This document shows, piece by piece, positions 35,834-46,071 of a stretch of DNA of 64,000 bases. How positions within the stretch are numbered: the stretch's first letter is position 1; each line of letters begins with the position of its first letter. Under the pieces are notes generated by a model. It saw only the letters and a list, made by a program, of their open reading frames with translations. It searched no databases and had not been told where the DNA came from. Both the position numbers and the translations under genes were made by a program. Source of the DNA: Rhodospirillaceae bacterium (GTDB taxonomy: Bacteria; Pseudomonadota; Alphaproteobacteria; Rhodospirillales; JABJKH01); the NCBI GenBank assembly GCA_018660465.1, contig JABJKH010000065.1, positions 3,728-67,727 of the forward strand, in the 5' to 3' direction.

Positions 35834-35927
35834 TTCGCCGTGAAGACAGGCATTTTTCTATTTTACCCCGAATATGATAAGTTTTACGTCCTTCGGTTTT
35901 TAAGGTCTTTCCGAATTTCATGCCCCT

Positions 35928-37394
35928 ATGACGATATTATCTAAAATTATCCCCATCATCCTCTCTGGCGGATCAGGTACGCGGCTTTGGCCGCAATCGC
36001 GGAACTCGTTTCCAAAGCAGCTGCTACCGTTTGTGTCGGATCATAGCTTGCTGCAGGAAACTGCGTTGCGATTAACCGAAGACCAGATTTTTGCGCGCCC
36101 TGTTGTGGTTTGTAATCTCGAGCATCGGTTCCTTATTTTAGATCAATTGCGTGAGGTTTCTGTAGAACCTGCCGATGTCATCGTTGAACCCACCGGGCGC
36201 AATACGGCCCCTGCCGCTGCCGTTGCCGCACTTTGTGCTGTTGAAACGGATCCTGAAGCGATCCTTTTCTTATTGCCCTCAGATCACGCAATCCAAAACC
36301 AAGCCGCGTTTTTGAATGTCGTTAACTTGGCCGCAGCATCTGCCAAAGCCGGGCATTTGGTCACCTTTGGAATTGAGCCGCACGCTCCTGAAACGGGCTA
36401 CGGGTATATCAACAAGGGTGCGCCCTTGAACGGACTAACAGGATGCTGTGCGGTTGAGAGCTTTGTCGAAAAACCAGACGTGAAAACGGCCGAGGGTTAT
36501 CTTGAAACAGGATCTTATCTTTGGAACAGTGGCATGTTTGTCTTCAGGGCGGGCGTCTATCTGGAAGAACTGGAACGTCTGAATCCCGCAATCCTTACGT
36601 CCTGTCGAAAGGCACTGGCGGCCGGCGGCACGGATGAAAATTTTCAATTTTTAGATAAGAACGCATTTTCTGAAAGCCCGTCGCTCTCCATCGATTATGC
36701 CGTCATGGAGCACACCGATAAAGCAGCCGTGGTCCCTGCCGACATGGGATGGAGTGATGTTGGCACATGGAAATCCCTTTGGCAGGCGACTGAAAAAGAT
36801 ACGGATGGCAACGTGCTAAAAGGCGATGTTCTATCGATCAATTCTAAAAACTCTTATATTTCCAGCCAAGACCAATTGGTTGCCGTGGTCGACCTGGAAG
36901 ACATTGCCGTGATTGAGACCGAAGACGCTGTCTTGGTCATGCCATTGGACAAATCGCAAGACGTACGTGACGTCGTGAAGCGTCTGAAGTCCGATGGACG
37001 CGAAGACTACCTGACCCACCCCAGGGTCTACCGCCCTTGGGGCAATTACAAGACCATGGACAAAGACGAGGGGTTTCAGGTTAAGCGCCTGACGGTAAAT
37101 CCTGGCCAACGCCTCAGTCTTCAAAAACACCAGCACCGCACCGAACATTGGACTGTGGTCGATGGCATCGCACGAATTACGATAGGAACCAGCATCTCAG
37201 ACGTTATGGAAAACAATACGGTTCTAATTCCAGCTGGCACGGTTCACCGTCTGGAGAACATAACATCCGACCCCTTGGTTGTGATCGAGGTCCAATACGG
37301 CAGCTATCTGGGCGAAGACGATATAGAACGCTTGGAAGATGATTATGGCCAAGCCATGAAGATTCCCCCCGAGTCCGATCCCGGAATCAGCTAG
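35928..37394 (+). CDS. manC: Mannose-1-phosphate guanylyltransferase / mannose-6-phosphate isomerase (type II PMI)
   Basis: IIPIILSGGSGTRLWPQSRNSFPKQLL and the C-terminal cupin RPWGNYKTMDKDEGFQVKRLTVNPGQRLSLQKHQHRTEHW. Confidence 0.9.
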   Translation: MTILSKIIPIILSGGSGTRLWPQSRNSFPKQLLPFVSDHSLLQETALRLTEDQIFARPVVVCNLEHRFLILDQLREVSVEPADVIVEPTGRNTAPAAAVAALCAVETDPEAILFLLPSDHAIQNQAAFLNVVNLAAASAKAGHLVTFGIEPHAPETGYGYINKGAPLNGLTGCCAVESFVEKPDVKTAEGYLETGSYLWNSGMFVFRAGVYLEELERLNPAILTSCRKALAAGGTDENFQFLDKNAFSESPSLSIDYAVMEHTDKAAVVPADMGWSDVGTWKSLWQATEKDTDGNVLKGDVLSINSKNSYISSQDQLVAVVDLEDIAVIETEDAVLVMPLDKSQDVRDVVKRLKSDGREDYLTHPRVYRPWGNYKTMDKDEGFQVKRLTVNPGQRLSLQKHQHRTEHWTVVDGIARITIGTSISDVMENNTVLIPAGTVHRLENITSDPLVVIEVQYGSYLGEDDIERLEDDYGQAMKIPPESDPGIS

Positions 37395-37426
37395 TTTCTC
37401 TTATTCGCTAGGATAATCCCTCTCCC

Positions 37427-39298
37427 ATGTGCGGTATAGCCGGCAGCACGACTGCCACCAGCGATGTTCTCCAGACGATGGGCGCGCGGTTGCGCCACCG
37501 GGGACCCGACAGCGATGGCACCTGGCAAGCACCTGGCGGGATTTTGGGACTGGCCCATACCCGGCTCAAGGTTATTGATCTTAGCGACGGCGGCCATCAA
37601 CCGATGGTCTCTGACGACAGACGGTTCGCGCTGGTCTTCAACGGCGAAATCTACAATTACAAAGCCTTACGACGTGACCTTGAATCAAAGGGTGAGTCGT
37701 TTAGATCGGACAGTGATACCGAAGTGCTGTTCGTGCTGTTGCGTCGGGAGGGGAAAAAGGCTTTGGCCCGGCTCGTCGGTATGTTTTCTTTTGCATTCTG
37801 GAACGGAGAATCGGGTGAGCTGTTACTGGCCCGCGACCGACTTGGCATCAAGCCGTTGGTCTATGCGCCTCTCGCCAATCGACAAATCGCCTTTGCCTCC
37901 GAAATCGAAGCACTTCGCGCGCATCCTGGGATTGATCTCAATATTGACCGCCAAGCGGTATCAGAATTTCTCGCCTGTCTTTATGTTCCCCAACCGCTCT
38001 GTATTCATAAGGGCATCCGTAAACTGCCGCCCGGTCATACACTGACGTGGCGCGCTGGAACCACAACCATCGAGCCCTATTGGCAGCCTGCATTTAAGGG
38101 AACCCGGCAGCCCACCCTGGATGAAGCTGTCGAGGAAATCTTGCCCTTGGTACGCCAATCCGTGATCGACCGGCTGGTAGCCGACGTTCCGGTCGGATGC
38201 TTTTTATCCGGCGGAATTGATAGCTCTGTCATTGCAGCCTTGATGGCAGAAGAATCGAAAGCTCAAGGTGGGCCTGCGATCAAGACCTTCACCATGACCT
38301 TCGATGAAGCCACCTATGATGAGCGTGCCGCCGCCAAGCAGGTCGCCGACCACATCGGCAGCGACCATACGGAACTGCCCGCGAGTTCAGATCTCGCCTC
38401 GCGCCTAAACAAAACTCTGAAGGCATTTGGTGAACCCTTTGGAAATCCGACATCATTGCTGATAGACGATCTTTCCAGGAAGGCCCGCGAACATGTGACG
38501 GTCGCATTGGTCGGTGATGGCGGGGACGAAGTCTTCGCCGGGTATCCCCGCTACAAGGGCGGCCTGTGGGCACAAAAATATCGGCACCTACCGGGATGGC
38601 TTCGACGCGGCGTTGTTGCCCCAATAGCAGGCCTCATTCCGGAAAGCACCGAGGGCCGTCATGGACTTAGGCGGGCACGGGAGTTTTTAACTTCGGCCAG
38701 CCTTCCTGATGCGAATATGTACGCCGCCTGGGTCGAATATTTTTCGCCGGAAGAACGCGCTCAGATGTTACCAGAGGATACGGCACCGAAAAGTCCCATC
38801 GCCGAGCTTTACCAAAAATCGCCCTCAGACCACCCGCTTGATGCCATGCAGCAAACCGATCTGCAATCGTTCCTGCCAAGTAATTTATTGGCCTACGGTG
38901 ATGCCATGAGCATGCGGCATAGTTTGGAACTACGGCTGCCGCTGATTGACCATCGCTTGGTCGATGCCGTCGGAACCTTAGCTCCGGGGCTTAGGGTTCA
39001 AGATGGCATGAAGACACTGCTACGCGCCGTGGCCCAGAAGTTATTGCCCACACATATCGTCGATGCACCAAAGCGGGGATTTAATCCGCCCATGGGGGTT
39101 TGGCTGAAAAACGATTTAGCCAGCATGGTGAAAGACCGGCTGACCCCTGAACGAATGGCGGATGTCGGCCTCGCATGGGAGCCAATCGACCAGCTGCTGA
39201 GCGAACATCACGGCAGCCGTCGCGATCATTCGCTCAAAGTCTGGGCGTTGTTGGTTCTTGATACGTGGCGGGATTCTAGGCGAGGGTCGATAAACTAA
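37427..39298 (+). CDS. Asparagine synthase (glutamine-hydrolysing)-family amidotransferase, copy 2
   Basis: MCGIAG nucleophile, NGEIYNYKALR and PP-loop FLSGGIDSS. Only distantly similar to copy 1. Confidence 0.9.
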   Translation: MCGIAGSTTATSDVLQTMGARLRHRGPDSDGTWQAPGGILGLAHTRLKVIDLSDGGHQPMVSDDRRFALVFNGEIYNYKALRRDLESKGESFRSDSDTEVLFVLLRREGKKALARLVGMFSFAFWNGESGELLLARDRLGIKPLVYAPLANRQIAFASEIEALRAHPGIDLNIDRQAVSEFLACLYVPQPLCIHKGIRKLPPGHTLTWRAGTTTIEPYWQPAFKGTRQPTLDEAVEEILPLVRQSVIDRLVADVPVGCFLSGGIDSSVIAALMAEESKAQGGPAIKTFTMTFDEATYDERAAAKQVADHIGSDHTELPASSDLASRLNKTLKAFGEPFGNPTSLLIDDLSRKAREHVTVALVGDGGDEVFAGYPRYKGGLWAQKYRHLPGWLRRGVVAPIAGLIPESTEGRHGLRRAREFLTSASLPDANMYAAWVEYFSPEERAQMLPEDTAPKSPIAELYQKSPSDHPLDAMQQTDLQSFLPSNLLAYGDAMSMRHSLELRLPLIDHRLVDAVGTLAPGLRVQDGMKTLLRAVAQKLLPTHIVDAPKRGFNPPMGVWLKNDLASMVKDRLTPERMADVGLAWEPIDQLLSEHHGSRRDHSLKVWALLVLDTWRDSRRGSIN

Positions 39299-39344
39299 GT
39301 CCGGGTTTGTAGCAGGTAGGCCTGCTCGGATATAAATAGGGGCT

Positions 39345-40352
39345 ATGAATTTACCCCTTTTCGCCGGAATATTCGTCGCCGTTTTTTTGCTGTCGCTTGG
39401 CGGCACACGCTTGGCGCTGGGCTACCTAAAGCAACGCGCCATCCTCGATCACCCGAACGAACGCAGCAGCCACACAATCCCGACACCTCGGGGGGGTGGC
39501 TTGGCTGTTAGTGCCGTTCTTATTGCCGCCTGGGCCGTTCTGGCCCTTACAGGTTTCGGCAATCTTCCTCAAATTTTAATTCTTTGTGTGGTGGCCTCTG
39601 GTCTGGCCGTCCTGTCGTGGCGTGATGACTTGCGTCCGTTACCGGCCAGCCTGCGCTTAGTTGGACAGGTTGTTGCCGTCAGCGTTGCTTTGATTTCCGC
39701 CCCCAACGAGGCTGCGTATTTCGGCGGTTTTCTACCTCCGATTCTGGACACAATTGCTGCTGGAGTCTTGTGGATTTGGTTTCTTAATCTGTTCAACTTC
39801 ATGGATGGCATCGATGGGATTACGGCAACGGAAACGATCGCCGTTTGCGTTGGTGTCATGTTGATTACAGCGGGCGCAACGAGTGGGTTGTTTCCCTATG
39901 CCCTGGTCACAACTGCGGCGGCATTAGGGTTTTTGTGGTGGAACTGGCCACCTGCGCGGATTTTTCTGGGTGACGTGGGGAGCATCCCCCTAGGATTTCT
40001 TTTGGGCTGGATCCTTTTGTCCTTGGCACAAGAGGGCTACGGGGCAGCGGCCTTAATCCTGCCGGCGTACTATTTTGCCGACGCAACCTTGACCTTGGGT
40101 CGGCGGGCGATTCGCGGGGAACGGGTGTGGCAGGCCCATAAACAACATGCCTATCAACGTGCCGTGCAGCGGGGATGGAGCCACCAGTCTGTTGTCCTGG
40201 CGATAATGCTGACAAACCTTGCCTTGGTTGGACTGGCGGTATTCGCCACCACGAATCCCTCTCTTACAGCGCAAGCATTGATTGGTACAGGTGTCGTGGT
40301 AGCCGGAATAATTGTTGTCCTTCAAAAGGTTGGCGGAAATAAAAACTTATGA
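39345..40352 (+). CDS. MraY/WecA/WbpL-family polyprenyl-phosphate HexNAc-1-phosphate transferase (initiating enzyme)
   Basis: About 10-11 TM helices, the NLFNFMDGIDGI motif and LGDVGSIPLGF. Confidence 0.85.
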   Translation: MNLPLFAGIFVAVFLLSLGGTRLALGYLKQRAILDHPNERSSHTIPTPRGGGLAVSAVLIAAWAVLALTGFGNLPQILILCVVASGLAVLSWRDDLRPLPASLRLVGQVVAVSVALISAPNEAAYFGGFLPPILDTIAAGVLWIWFLNLFNFMDGIDGITATETIAVCVGVMLITAGATSGLFPYALVTTAAALGFLWWNWPPARIFLGDVGSIPLGFLLGWILLSLAQEGYGAAALILPAYYFADATLTLGRRAIRGERVWQAHKQHAYQRAVQRGWSHQSVVLAIMLTNLALVGLAVFATTNPSLTAQALIGTGVVVAGIIVVLQKVGGNKNL

Positions 40353-41581
40353 AAATTCTCTTCATCAGTGATAATTTTCCGCCGGAAACCAACGCGTCCG
40401 CCACCCGCGTGTTCGAACGCGCGTGTTATTGGGTCAAGTGGGGGCACGAAGTCACGATCGTGAGCGGCGTGCCAAATTTCCCCCAAGGAAAAGTTTTTGA
40501 GGGCTACAAAAATACTTTTCAGACGGAAACGATGGAAGGCATGCGGGTGGTCCGCGTTAAAACCTACATCGCACCAAACAGAGGGAAATTCCGCCGCGCC
40601 CTCGATTTTCTTAGCTTTCGGATCAACGCCGCGCGAGCTGCGAAGAAAGAACCCCGGCCTGATTTGATTTGCGCGACCTCCCCTCAACCGGGCGCCGCCT
40701 TGGCTGGATTGGACGCTGCTAAACATCACGGCGTGCCCTTTATTTTTGAGCTGGGCGATCTCTGGCCGGCGTCAATTTCGGCTGTTGGCGCGATGGAAAA
40801 AAGCTTTCTCTACAACCAGATGGAACGCCAGGAACTTTCCATGTATCGGCGATCCAATGCGGTTGTCGCCCTGACCGGTGCCTTTAAACAAGATCTGATC
40901 CGCCGGGGTATTGACGGCAATAAAATCGACGTGGTGATTAACGGGGTTGATACCTGGCGCTATGGCCCCCGTGGCCGTGACCCTGAGCTAGCGCGGGAAT
41001 TAGGCCTTACCGATGAATTTGTCGTTGGATATGTCGGCACCCACGGCATGGCCCATGGGCTCGGCAACGTTTTAGATGCGGCTGAAATTGTTGCGGCGAA
41101 AAAACAGAAAATTCGATTTTTGTTGGCGGGTGCTGGAGCAGAGCGCGAAGCCCTCATCGCAGCCGCCGAACAGCGTGGCCTGAACAACGTCTTATTTTTA
41201 TCCATGCAGCCCAAGGAACGCATGCCGCAAGTTTGGAGCCTCTGCGACGTCGCCTTGGTTCATCTCCGCGATGACCCAACCTTCGCCGAAGTCATTCCTT
41301 CTAAAATATTTGAAGCCATGGCCATGGGGCTGCCCATCATCGTGAGTGCGCCACGCGGCGAAGGCAGCCGCATTGTCGAACGAGACCGTGCCGGGTGTTG
41401 GGTTCCAGCGGGTGACGCCTTGGGTTTGGCCGGGGCCGCGATGTTGTTTGAAAAAAACCGCGATGGCTGCCGCGACTTTGGTGCACAAAGCCTTGCCGCA
41501 GCCCCTGGGCATAGCCGAGAAATTCAAGCGCGTGAGATGCTAAGTGTGTTTGAGCGGGTGATTAAAGGTAGGGCTTCTTGA
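40349..41581 (+). CDS. Group-1 (GT4) glycosyltransferase, WbuB-like
   Basis: MKILFISDNFPPETNASATRVFE N-terminus and an EX7E-type C-terminal motif (EVIPSKIFEAMAMGLPII). Confidence 0.85.
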   Translation: MKILFISDNFPPETNASATRVFERACYWVKWGHEVTIVSGVPNFPQGKVFEGYKNTFQTETMEGMRVVRVKTYIAPNRGKFRRALDFLSFRINAARAAKKEPRPDLICATSPQPGAALAGLDAAKHHGVPFIFELGDLWPASISAVGAMEKSFLYNQMERQELSMYRRSNAVVALTGAFKQDLIRRGIDGNKIDVVINGVDTWRYGPRGRDPELARELGLTDEFVVGYVGTHGMAHGLGNVLDAAEIVAAKKQKIRFLLAGAGAEREALIAAAEQRGLNNVLFLSMQPKERMPQVWSLCDVALVHLRDDPTFAEVIPSKIFEAMAMGLPIIVSAPRGEGSRIVERDRAGCWVPAGDALGLAGAAMLFEKNRDGCRDFGAQSLAAAPGHSREIQAREMLSVFERVIKGRAS

Positions 41582-42522
41582 TGCGGGTGCTGGTCACAGG
41601 GGCAACGGGTTTTGTTGGTCGGGCGCTGGTGCCTATGCTGACCCAGGCTGGGCACGATGTCACCATCACGGTCCGTTATGGTCCGTCTGCGGATCATTTG
41701 AAAAATGTTCGTTTGAAAAATATCGGAGAGATTGGTCCAGAGACAAACTGGCAAGAGGCGCTTAGCAATTTCGACGCCGTTCTACATCTGGCAGGTCGCG
41801 CCCATGTAATGGCTGAATCCGACGCTGATCCCCTTGCCGCGTATCGACGCATTAATCGGGATGGCACGAAGCGATTGGCCGAAGCGGCAGCTGATGCAGG
41901 TGTTAAGCGACTGGTCTTTCTTAGTTCTATCAAGGTCAATGGCGAACGAACGACCAATCACCCCTACAGCGAAGCAAGCACGCCGCAACCTGAAGATGCC
42001 TATGGCCAGTCCAAATGGGAGGGCGAGCAGGCGCTTCATGAGATCAATGGATTGGAAACGGTCGTCGTGCGCACGCCTCTGGTCTATGGCCCACATGTAA
42101 AGGGAAATTTCCGCTCGCTACTGAATATCTGCAGAAAGACGGTGCCGCTTCCTTTGGGGGGTCTTCAGAATAGGCGCAGCTTGATTTATGTCGGTAATTT
42201 GGCTGATGCACTGATCAGGTGCCTCACGCATCCCAAAGCCGCTGGCAATCTCTATCTTGTCCGGGATGGCGATGATGTCTCTACAACAACCTTGATAAAA
42301 AGCACAGCTCAGGCCCTTGGAAAGCAGACCTATTTATTTCCTGTCCCCAGATTACTGCTCCGGGCTGGCGGTGCATTAACCGGCAAAAGTGGTATGGTTT
42401 CCAGACTCATTGAGTCCCTGGAAGTTGATGATTCTGCAATCCGGCGCGATCTAGACTGGACGCCACCATTTACCATGGTACAAGGACTAACCGAAACGGC
42501 AACTTGGTTTAGGTCTGTATAA
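41578..42522 (+). CDS. NAD-dependent epimerase/dehydratase-family protein (WbpK/WreQ-like 4-reductase/epimerase candidate)
   Basis: MRVLVTGATGFVGRALV, YGQSKWEGE (YxxxK). 4-nt overlaps on both sides. Confidence 0.85.
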   Translation: MMRVLVTGATGFVGRALVPMLTQAGHDVTITVRYGPSADHLKNVRLKNIGEIGPETNWQEALSNFDAVLHLAGRAHVMAESDADPLAAYRRINRDGTKRLAEAAADAGVKRLVFLSSIKVNGERTTNHPYSEASTPQPEDAYGQSKWEGEQALHEINGLETVVVRTPLVYGPHVKGNFRSLLNICRKTVPLPLGGLQNRRSLIYVGNLADALIRCLTHPKAAGNLYLVRDGDDVSTTTLIKSTAQALGKQTYLFPVPRLLLRAGGALTGKSGMVSRLIESLEVDDSAIRRDLDWTPPFTMVQGLTETATWFRSV

Positions 42523-42539
42523 GTAAGGACGTCGCTGAT

Positions 42540-44468
42540 TTGAAAGTATTTAAGGCCATTCCTGCCCGCGGACTCATCGTCTTCGCACATGATATTTTCA
42601 TGGCAACGGTATCGTTTCTTGCCGCTCTTTACCTGCGCATCGGTGATGGTATTTTCTATTACCCCACGGACATCTTGTTGCAGGGTGCTGGCGTTTTCGT
42701 GGTTATCGCCACCGGAGTGTTCTGGTACATGGATTTGTATCGCGGCGTGTGGCGGTATGCATCGCTTAATGATTTATTGGCAATCACCCGATCTGCCACA
42801 CTCGTTATCCTTATTTTCTTGCTGGTGATGTTTACCTGGACCCGGCTGGAGGATCTTCCGAGATCTTTGCCGATTATCAATTGGGGCGTGTTGATGGCGC
42901 TGTTGGGTGGGCCTAGGTTTTTCTATCGATTGCTAAAGGATCGTCAGTTTGAATTTGTTCTGGAAGATGAAGACCACCGCCGAATCCCTGTATTGTTAGT
43001 TGGCGCAGGCGATGAGGCCGAACAGTTCATCCGCGCCATGGAGCGCCAAAGTGACGGTAATTACAGAGTCGTCGGAATTGTCGCCGAACGCGCGGCCCGA
43101 GTAGGTCGTAATATCCACGATGTCCAGGTTCTTGGTACGACCGACGATTTGGACGACATTGTCGAAACGTTGCAACGATCAGGTCGGCGCCCGGAACGTC
43201 TTATTTTAACCTACGATACGATGAACGGGACAAAAGTTCGGAACTTGCTCGACAGAGCGGGTGCCCTGGGAATGACCCTCGCGCGCTTGCCCAAATTGAC
43301 CGATTTCAGGACAGGAGTCACAGATGCAGCATCACTCGAGGTTAAGCCTGTCGCGGTGGAAGACCTTCTCGGTCGGCCGCAAGCAGCGTTGGACCGTGAC
43401 GCCATGGACCGCCTGATCAAAGGCCGCCGGGTTTTGCTAACCGGCGCTGGCGGCAGTATCGGTAGTGAACTTGCCCGACAGATTTCTGCCTTTGCCCCTG
43501 CCGAGCTGGTTTTACTCGATAATTCTGAGTTTAATTTATATTCAATCGATATGGACCTCAGCCGTCATGCACCAGAAACCCCGAGGCGCGCCGTACTGGC
43601 CGATGTCCGGGACCGCGCCCGGTTGGATGAAGTTTTTACTGATGTTTCGCCGGAACTGGTATTTCATGCGGCCGCCTTAAAGCATGTTCCGATGGTCGAG
43701 GCCAACGTGGTTGAAGGTGCCCGCACCAATATTCGCGGCACAGCAAACGTTGCGGAATGCTGCGTAAGTTCTGGCGTTGATGCCATGGTTCTGATTTCGA
43801 CGGACAAGGCGGTCAATCCCACCAGCATCATGGGTGCCACCAAACGCGTCGCCGAAAGTTATTGCCAAGCACTGGACCTGAAGCGCAGTGGCGGTGAGGG
43901 AACACGCTTCGTTACCGTTCGTTTTGGTAATGTACTTGGGTCCACGGGATCGGTTGTGCCGTTGTTTGAAACGCAGCTTCGAGCCGGTGGGCCCCTGACA
44001 GTAACTCACCCCGAAATGACGCGTTATTTTATGACGGTCCGCGAGGCAGTGGAATTGGTTTTGCAGGCCTCAGCATTTGGGACGACCACTTTCAAGGAAG
44101 ACGGCAAAATCTTTGTTCTGGATATGGGTGAGCCGGTTCTGATTCTGGACTTGGCCAAACAGATGATCCGTTTGGCTGGGTTGAAGCCGAATGACGACAT
44201 AAAAATTGAATTTACCGGACTAAGACCGGGCGAAAAATTGTTCGAAGAAATGTTTCATGGCAAAGAAGCGCCGACACCTACGGCGTGCCCGGGGGTCCTT
44301 CTGGCAGCTCCCCGTGCAACGGGGTACGACCAGTTGACCAATACGCTGCGGGAAATTGAAGACGTCTGCGCCACTGGAGACGTCGAGGAAACCAGGGCGG
44401 CGATTATCCGCGCCGTTCCTGAATTTATAGGATCAGATGAAAACGCAGTGATCGCGGCAACTCGGTAA
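42540..44468 (+). CDS. CapD/WbpM/PglF-family membrane-anchored UDP-HexNAc 4,6-dehydratase
   Basis: Four N-terminal TM helices, then [13 protein letters not shown] and [21 protein letters not shown]. 642 aa. TTG start. Confidence 0.9.
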   Translation: MKVFKAIPARGLIVFAHDIFMATVSFLAALYLRIGDGIFYYPTDILLQGAGVFVVIATGVFWYMDLYRGVWRYASLNDLLAITRSATLVILIFLLVMFTWTRLEDLPRSLPIINWGVLMALLGGPRFFYRLLKDRQFEFVLEDEDHRRIPVLLVGAGDEAEQFIRAMERQSDGNYRVVGIVAERAARVGRNIHDVQVLGTTDDLDDIVETLQRSGRRPERLILTYDTMNGTKVRNLLDRAGALGMTLARLPKLTDFRTGVTDAASLEVKPVAVEDLLGRPQAALDRDAMDRLIKGRRVLLTGAGGSIGSELARQISAFAPAELVLLDNSEFNLYSIDMDLSRHAPETPRRAVLADVRDRARLDEVFTDVSPELVFHAAALKHVPMVEANVVEGARTNIRGTANVAECCVSSGVDAMVLISTDKAVNPTSIMGATKRVAESYCQALDLKRSGGEGTRFVTVRFGNVLGSTGSVVPLFETQLRAGGPLTVTHPEMTRYFMTVREAVELVLQASAFGTTTFKEDGKIFVLDMGEPVLILDLAKQMIRLAGLKPNDDIKIEFTGLRPGEKLFEEMFHGKEAPTPTACPGVLLAAPRATGYDQLTNTLREIEDVCATGDVEETRAAIIRAVPEFIGSDENAVIAATR

Positions 44469-44494
44469 ATCACACCAAAGGAAATTCTGAAGTT

Positions 44495-46066
44495 ATGAGC
44501 GAGAAAATTCAAAGAGCATTATTATCCGTTTCCGATAAATCCGGGCTTGTAGAATTAGGCACGTTTTTAGTTGAGAACGGTGTTGAAATTTTATCCACCG
44601 GAGGATCTGCGAAAGCGTTGCGTGACGCGGGCGTTGCCGTCACTGAAGTTTCGGATCACACCGGATTCCCAGAAATCATGGATGGCCGAGTTAAGACCTT
44701 GCAGCCAAAAATTCATGGCGGCTTGCTGGCTGTCCGGGATAATGCGGAACACCAAGAAGCGATGGACGCGCACGGAATTGCGCCGATTGATCTGTTGGTG
44801 GTGAACCTCTATCCGTTCGAAGAGACTGTCGCAGGCGGTGCCGACTTCGATACCTGTGTCGAGAACATCGACATTGGCGGCCCGGCAATGATCCGGGCTG
44901 CAGCAAAAAACCACGCCTTCGTAACCGTGGTTGTTGATCCCGGCGACTATGATCGAGTCATGGCAGAAATGAAAGCCAATGATGGTGCGACGACCGCTGA
45001 TTTCCGGCGTGAATTAGCAGCCACTGCCTATGGTCGGACGGGGGCCTATGATGGCGCGATCAGCACGTGGTTTAATGGTGAAATCGGCCGCACCTTCCCG
45101 CCGAACATCGCCTTGGGGGCGTCGTTACGCCAAGTCACCCGCTACGGTGAAAACCCCCATCAGGAAGCTGCTTTCTACGTTACCGGCGATGACCGGCCTG
45201 GTGTCGCTGCGGCCACACAATTGCAGGGTAAGGAACTCAGCTTCAATAACCTAAACGATACCGACGCCGCGTTTGAGCTAGTGGCAGAATTCGACGGAAC
45301 CGCCTGTGCGATTATCAAGCATGCTAATCCTTGTGGCGTAGCAATTTCTGACACGCTGACCGATGCCTATAAAAAGGCTTTGTCGTGCGACACGGAAAGT
45401 GCCTTTGGCGGGATTGTTGCCGTGAACCGGGCGCTTGATGGCGACACCGCAACGGAAATTGCGGACTTGTTCGCCGAGGTTGTCATCGCCCCGGAAGTTA
45501 ACCTTGAAGCCAGAGAAATCTTGAGCGCTAAAAAGAATCTGCGCGTCTTGGAAACCGGTGGCATGCCGGACCCGGCAAGCGATGGGATGACAATTCGCGC
45601 CTTAGCGGGCGGGTACCTGTTTCAACAGCGTGATAGATTGCTCACGTCTGACGAATTTAAAACCGTGACCGAACGGTTGCCGAGCGAACAGGAAATGGCC
45701 GACATGTTATTTGCGTTTGCCGTTGCCAAGCATGTGAAATCTAACGCCATCGTTTATGCCAAAAACGGCATGACTGTCGGCGTAGGGGCGGGTCAGATGA
45801 GTCGGGTGAATTCTTCTCGCATTGCGGCGTTCAAGGCCGAACACGCAGCCCAGGTTGCAGGCGATCCGGAAAGCTGGGCCAAAGGGTCCGTTGTTGCCTC
45901 TGACGCATTTTTCCCATTTGCGGATGGCTTGTTGTCGGCTGCCGAAGCAGGTGCCACGGCGGTTATTCAACCAGGTGGATCTATTCGCGATGATGAAGTG
46001 ATTGCCGCCGCCAATGAAGTCGGCCTTGCCATGGTGTTCACAGGCATGCGCCATTTCCGGCACTAG
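44495..46066 (+). CDS. purH: Bifunctional AICAR formyltransferase / IMP cyclohydrolase
   Basis: [16 protein letters not shown]...GGSAKAL...[15 protein letters not shown]...C-terminal FTGMRHFRH. Confidence 0.95.
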   Translation: MSEKIQRALLSVSDKSGLVELGTFLVENGVEILSTGGSAKALRDAGVAVTEVSDHTGFPEIMDGRVKTLQPKIHGGLLAVRDNAEHQEAMDAHGIAPIDLLVVNLYPFEETVAGGADFDTCVENIDIGGPAMIRAAAKNHAFVTVVVDPGDYDRVMAEMKANDGATTADFRRELAATAYGRTGAYDGAISTWFNGEIGRTFPPNIALGASLRQVTRYGENPHQEAAFYVTGDDRPGVAAATQLQGKELSFNNLNDTDAAFELVAEFDGTACAIIKHANPCGVAISDTLTDAYKKALSCDTESAFGGIVAVNRALDGDTATEIADLFAEVVIAPEVNLEAREILSAKKNLRVLETGGMPDPASDGMTIRALAGGYLFQQRDRLLTSDEFKTVTERLPSEQEMADMLFAFAVAKHVKSNAIVYAKNGMTVGVGAGQMSRVNSSRIAAFKAEHAAQVAGDPESWAKGSVVASDAFFPFADGLLSAAEAGATAVIQPGGSIRDDEVIAAANEVGLAMVFTGMRHFRH

Positions 46067-46071
46067 GTCAC

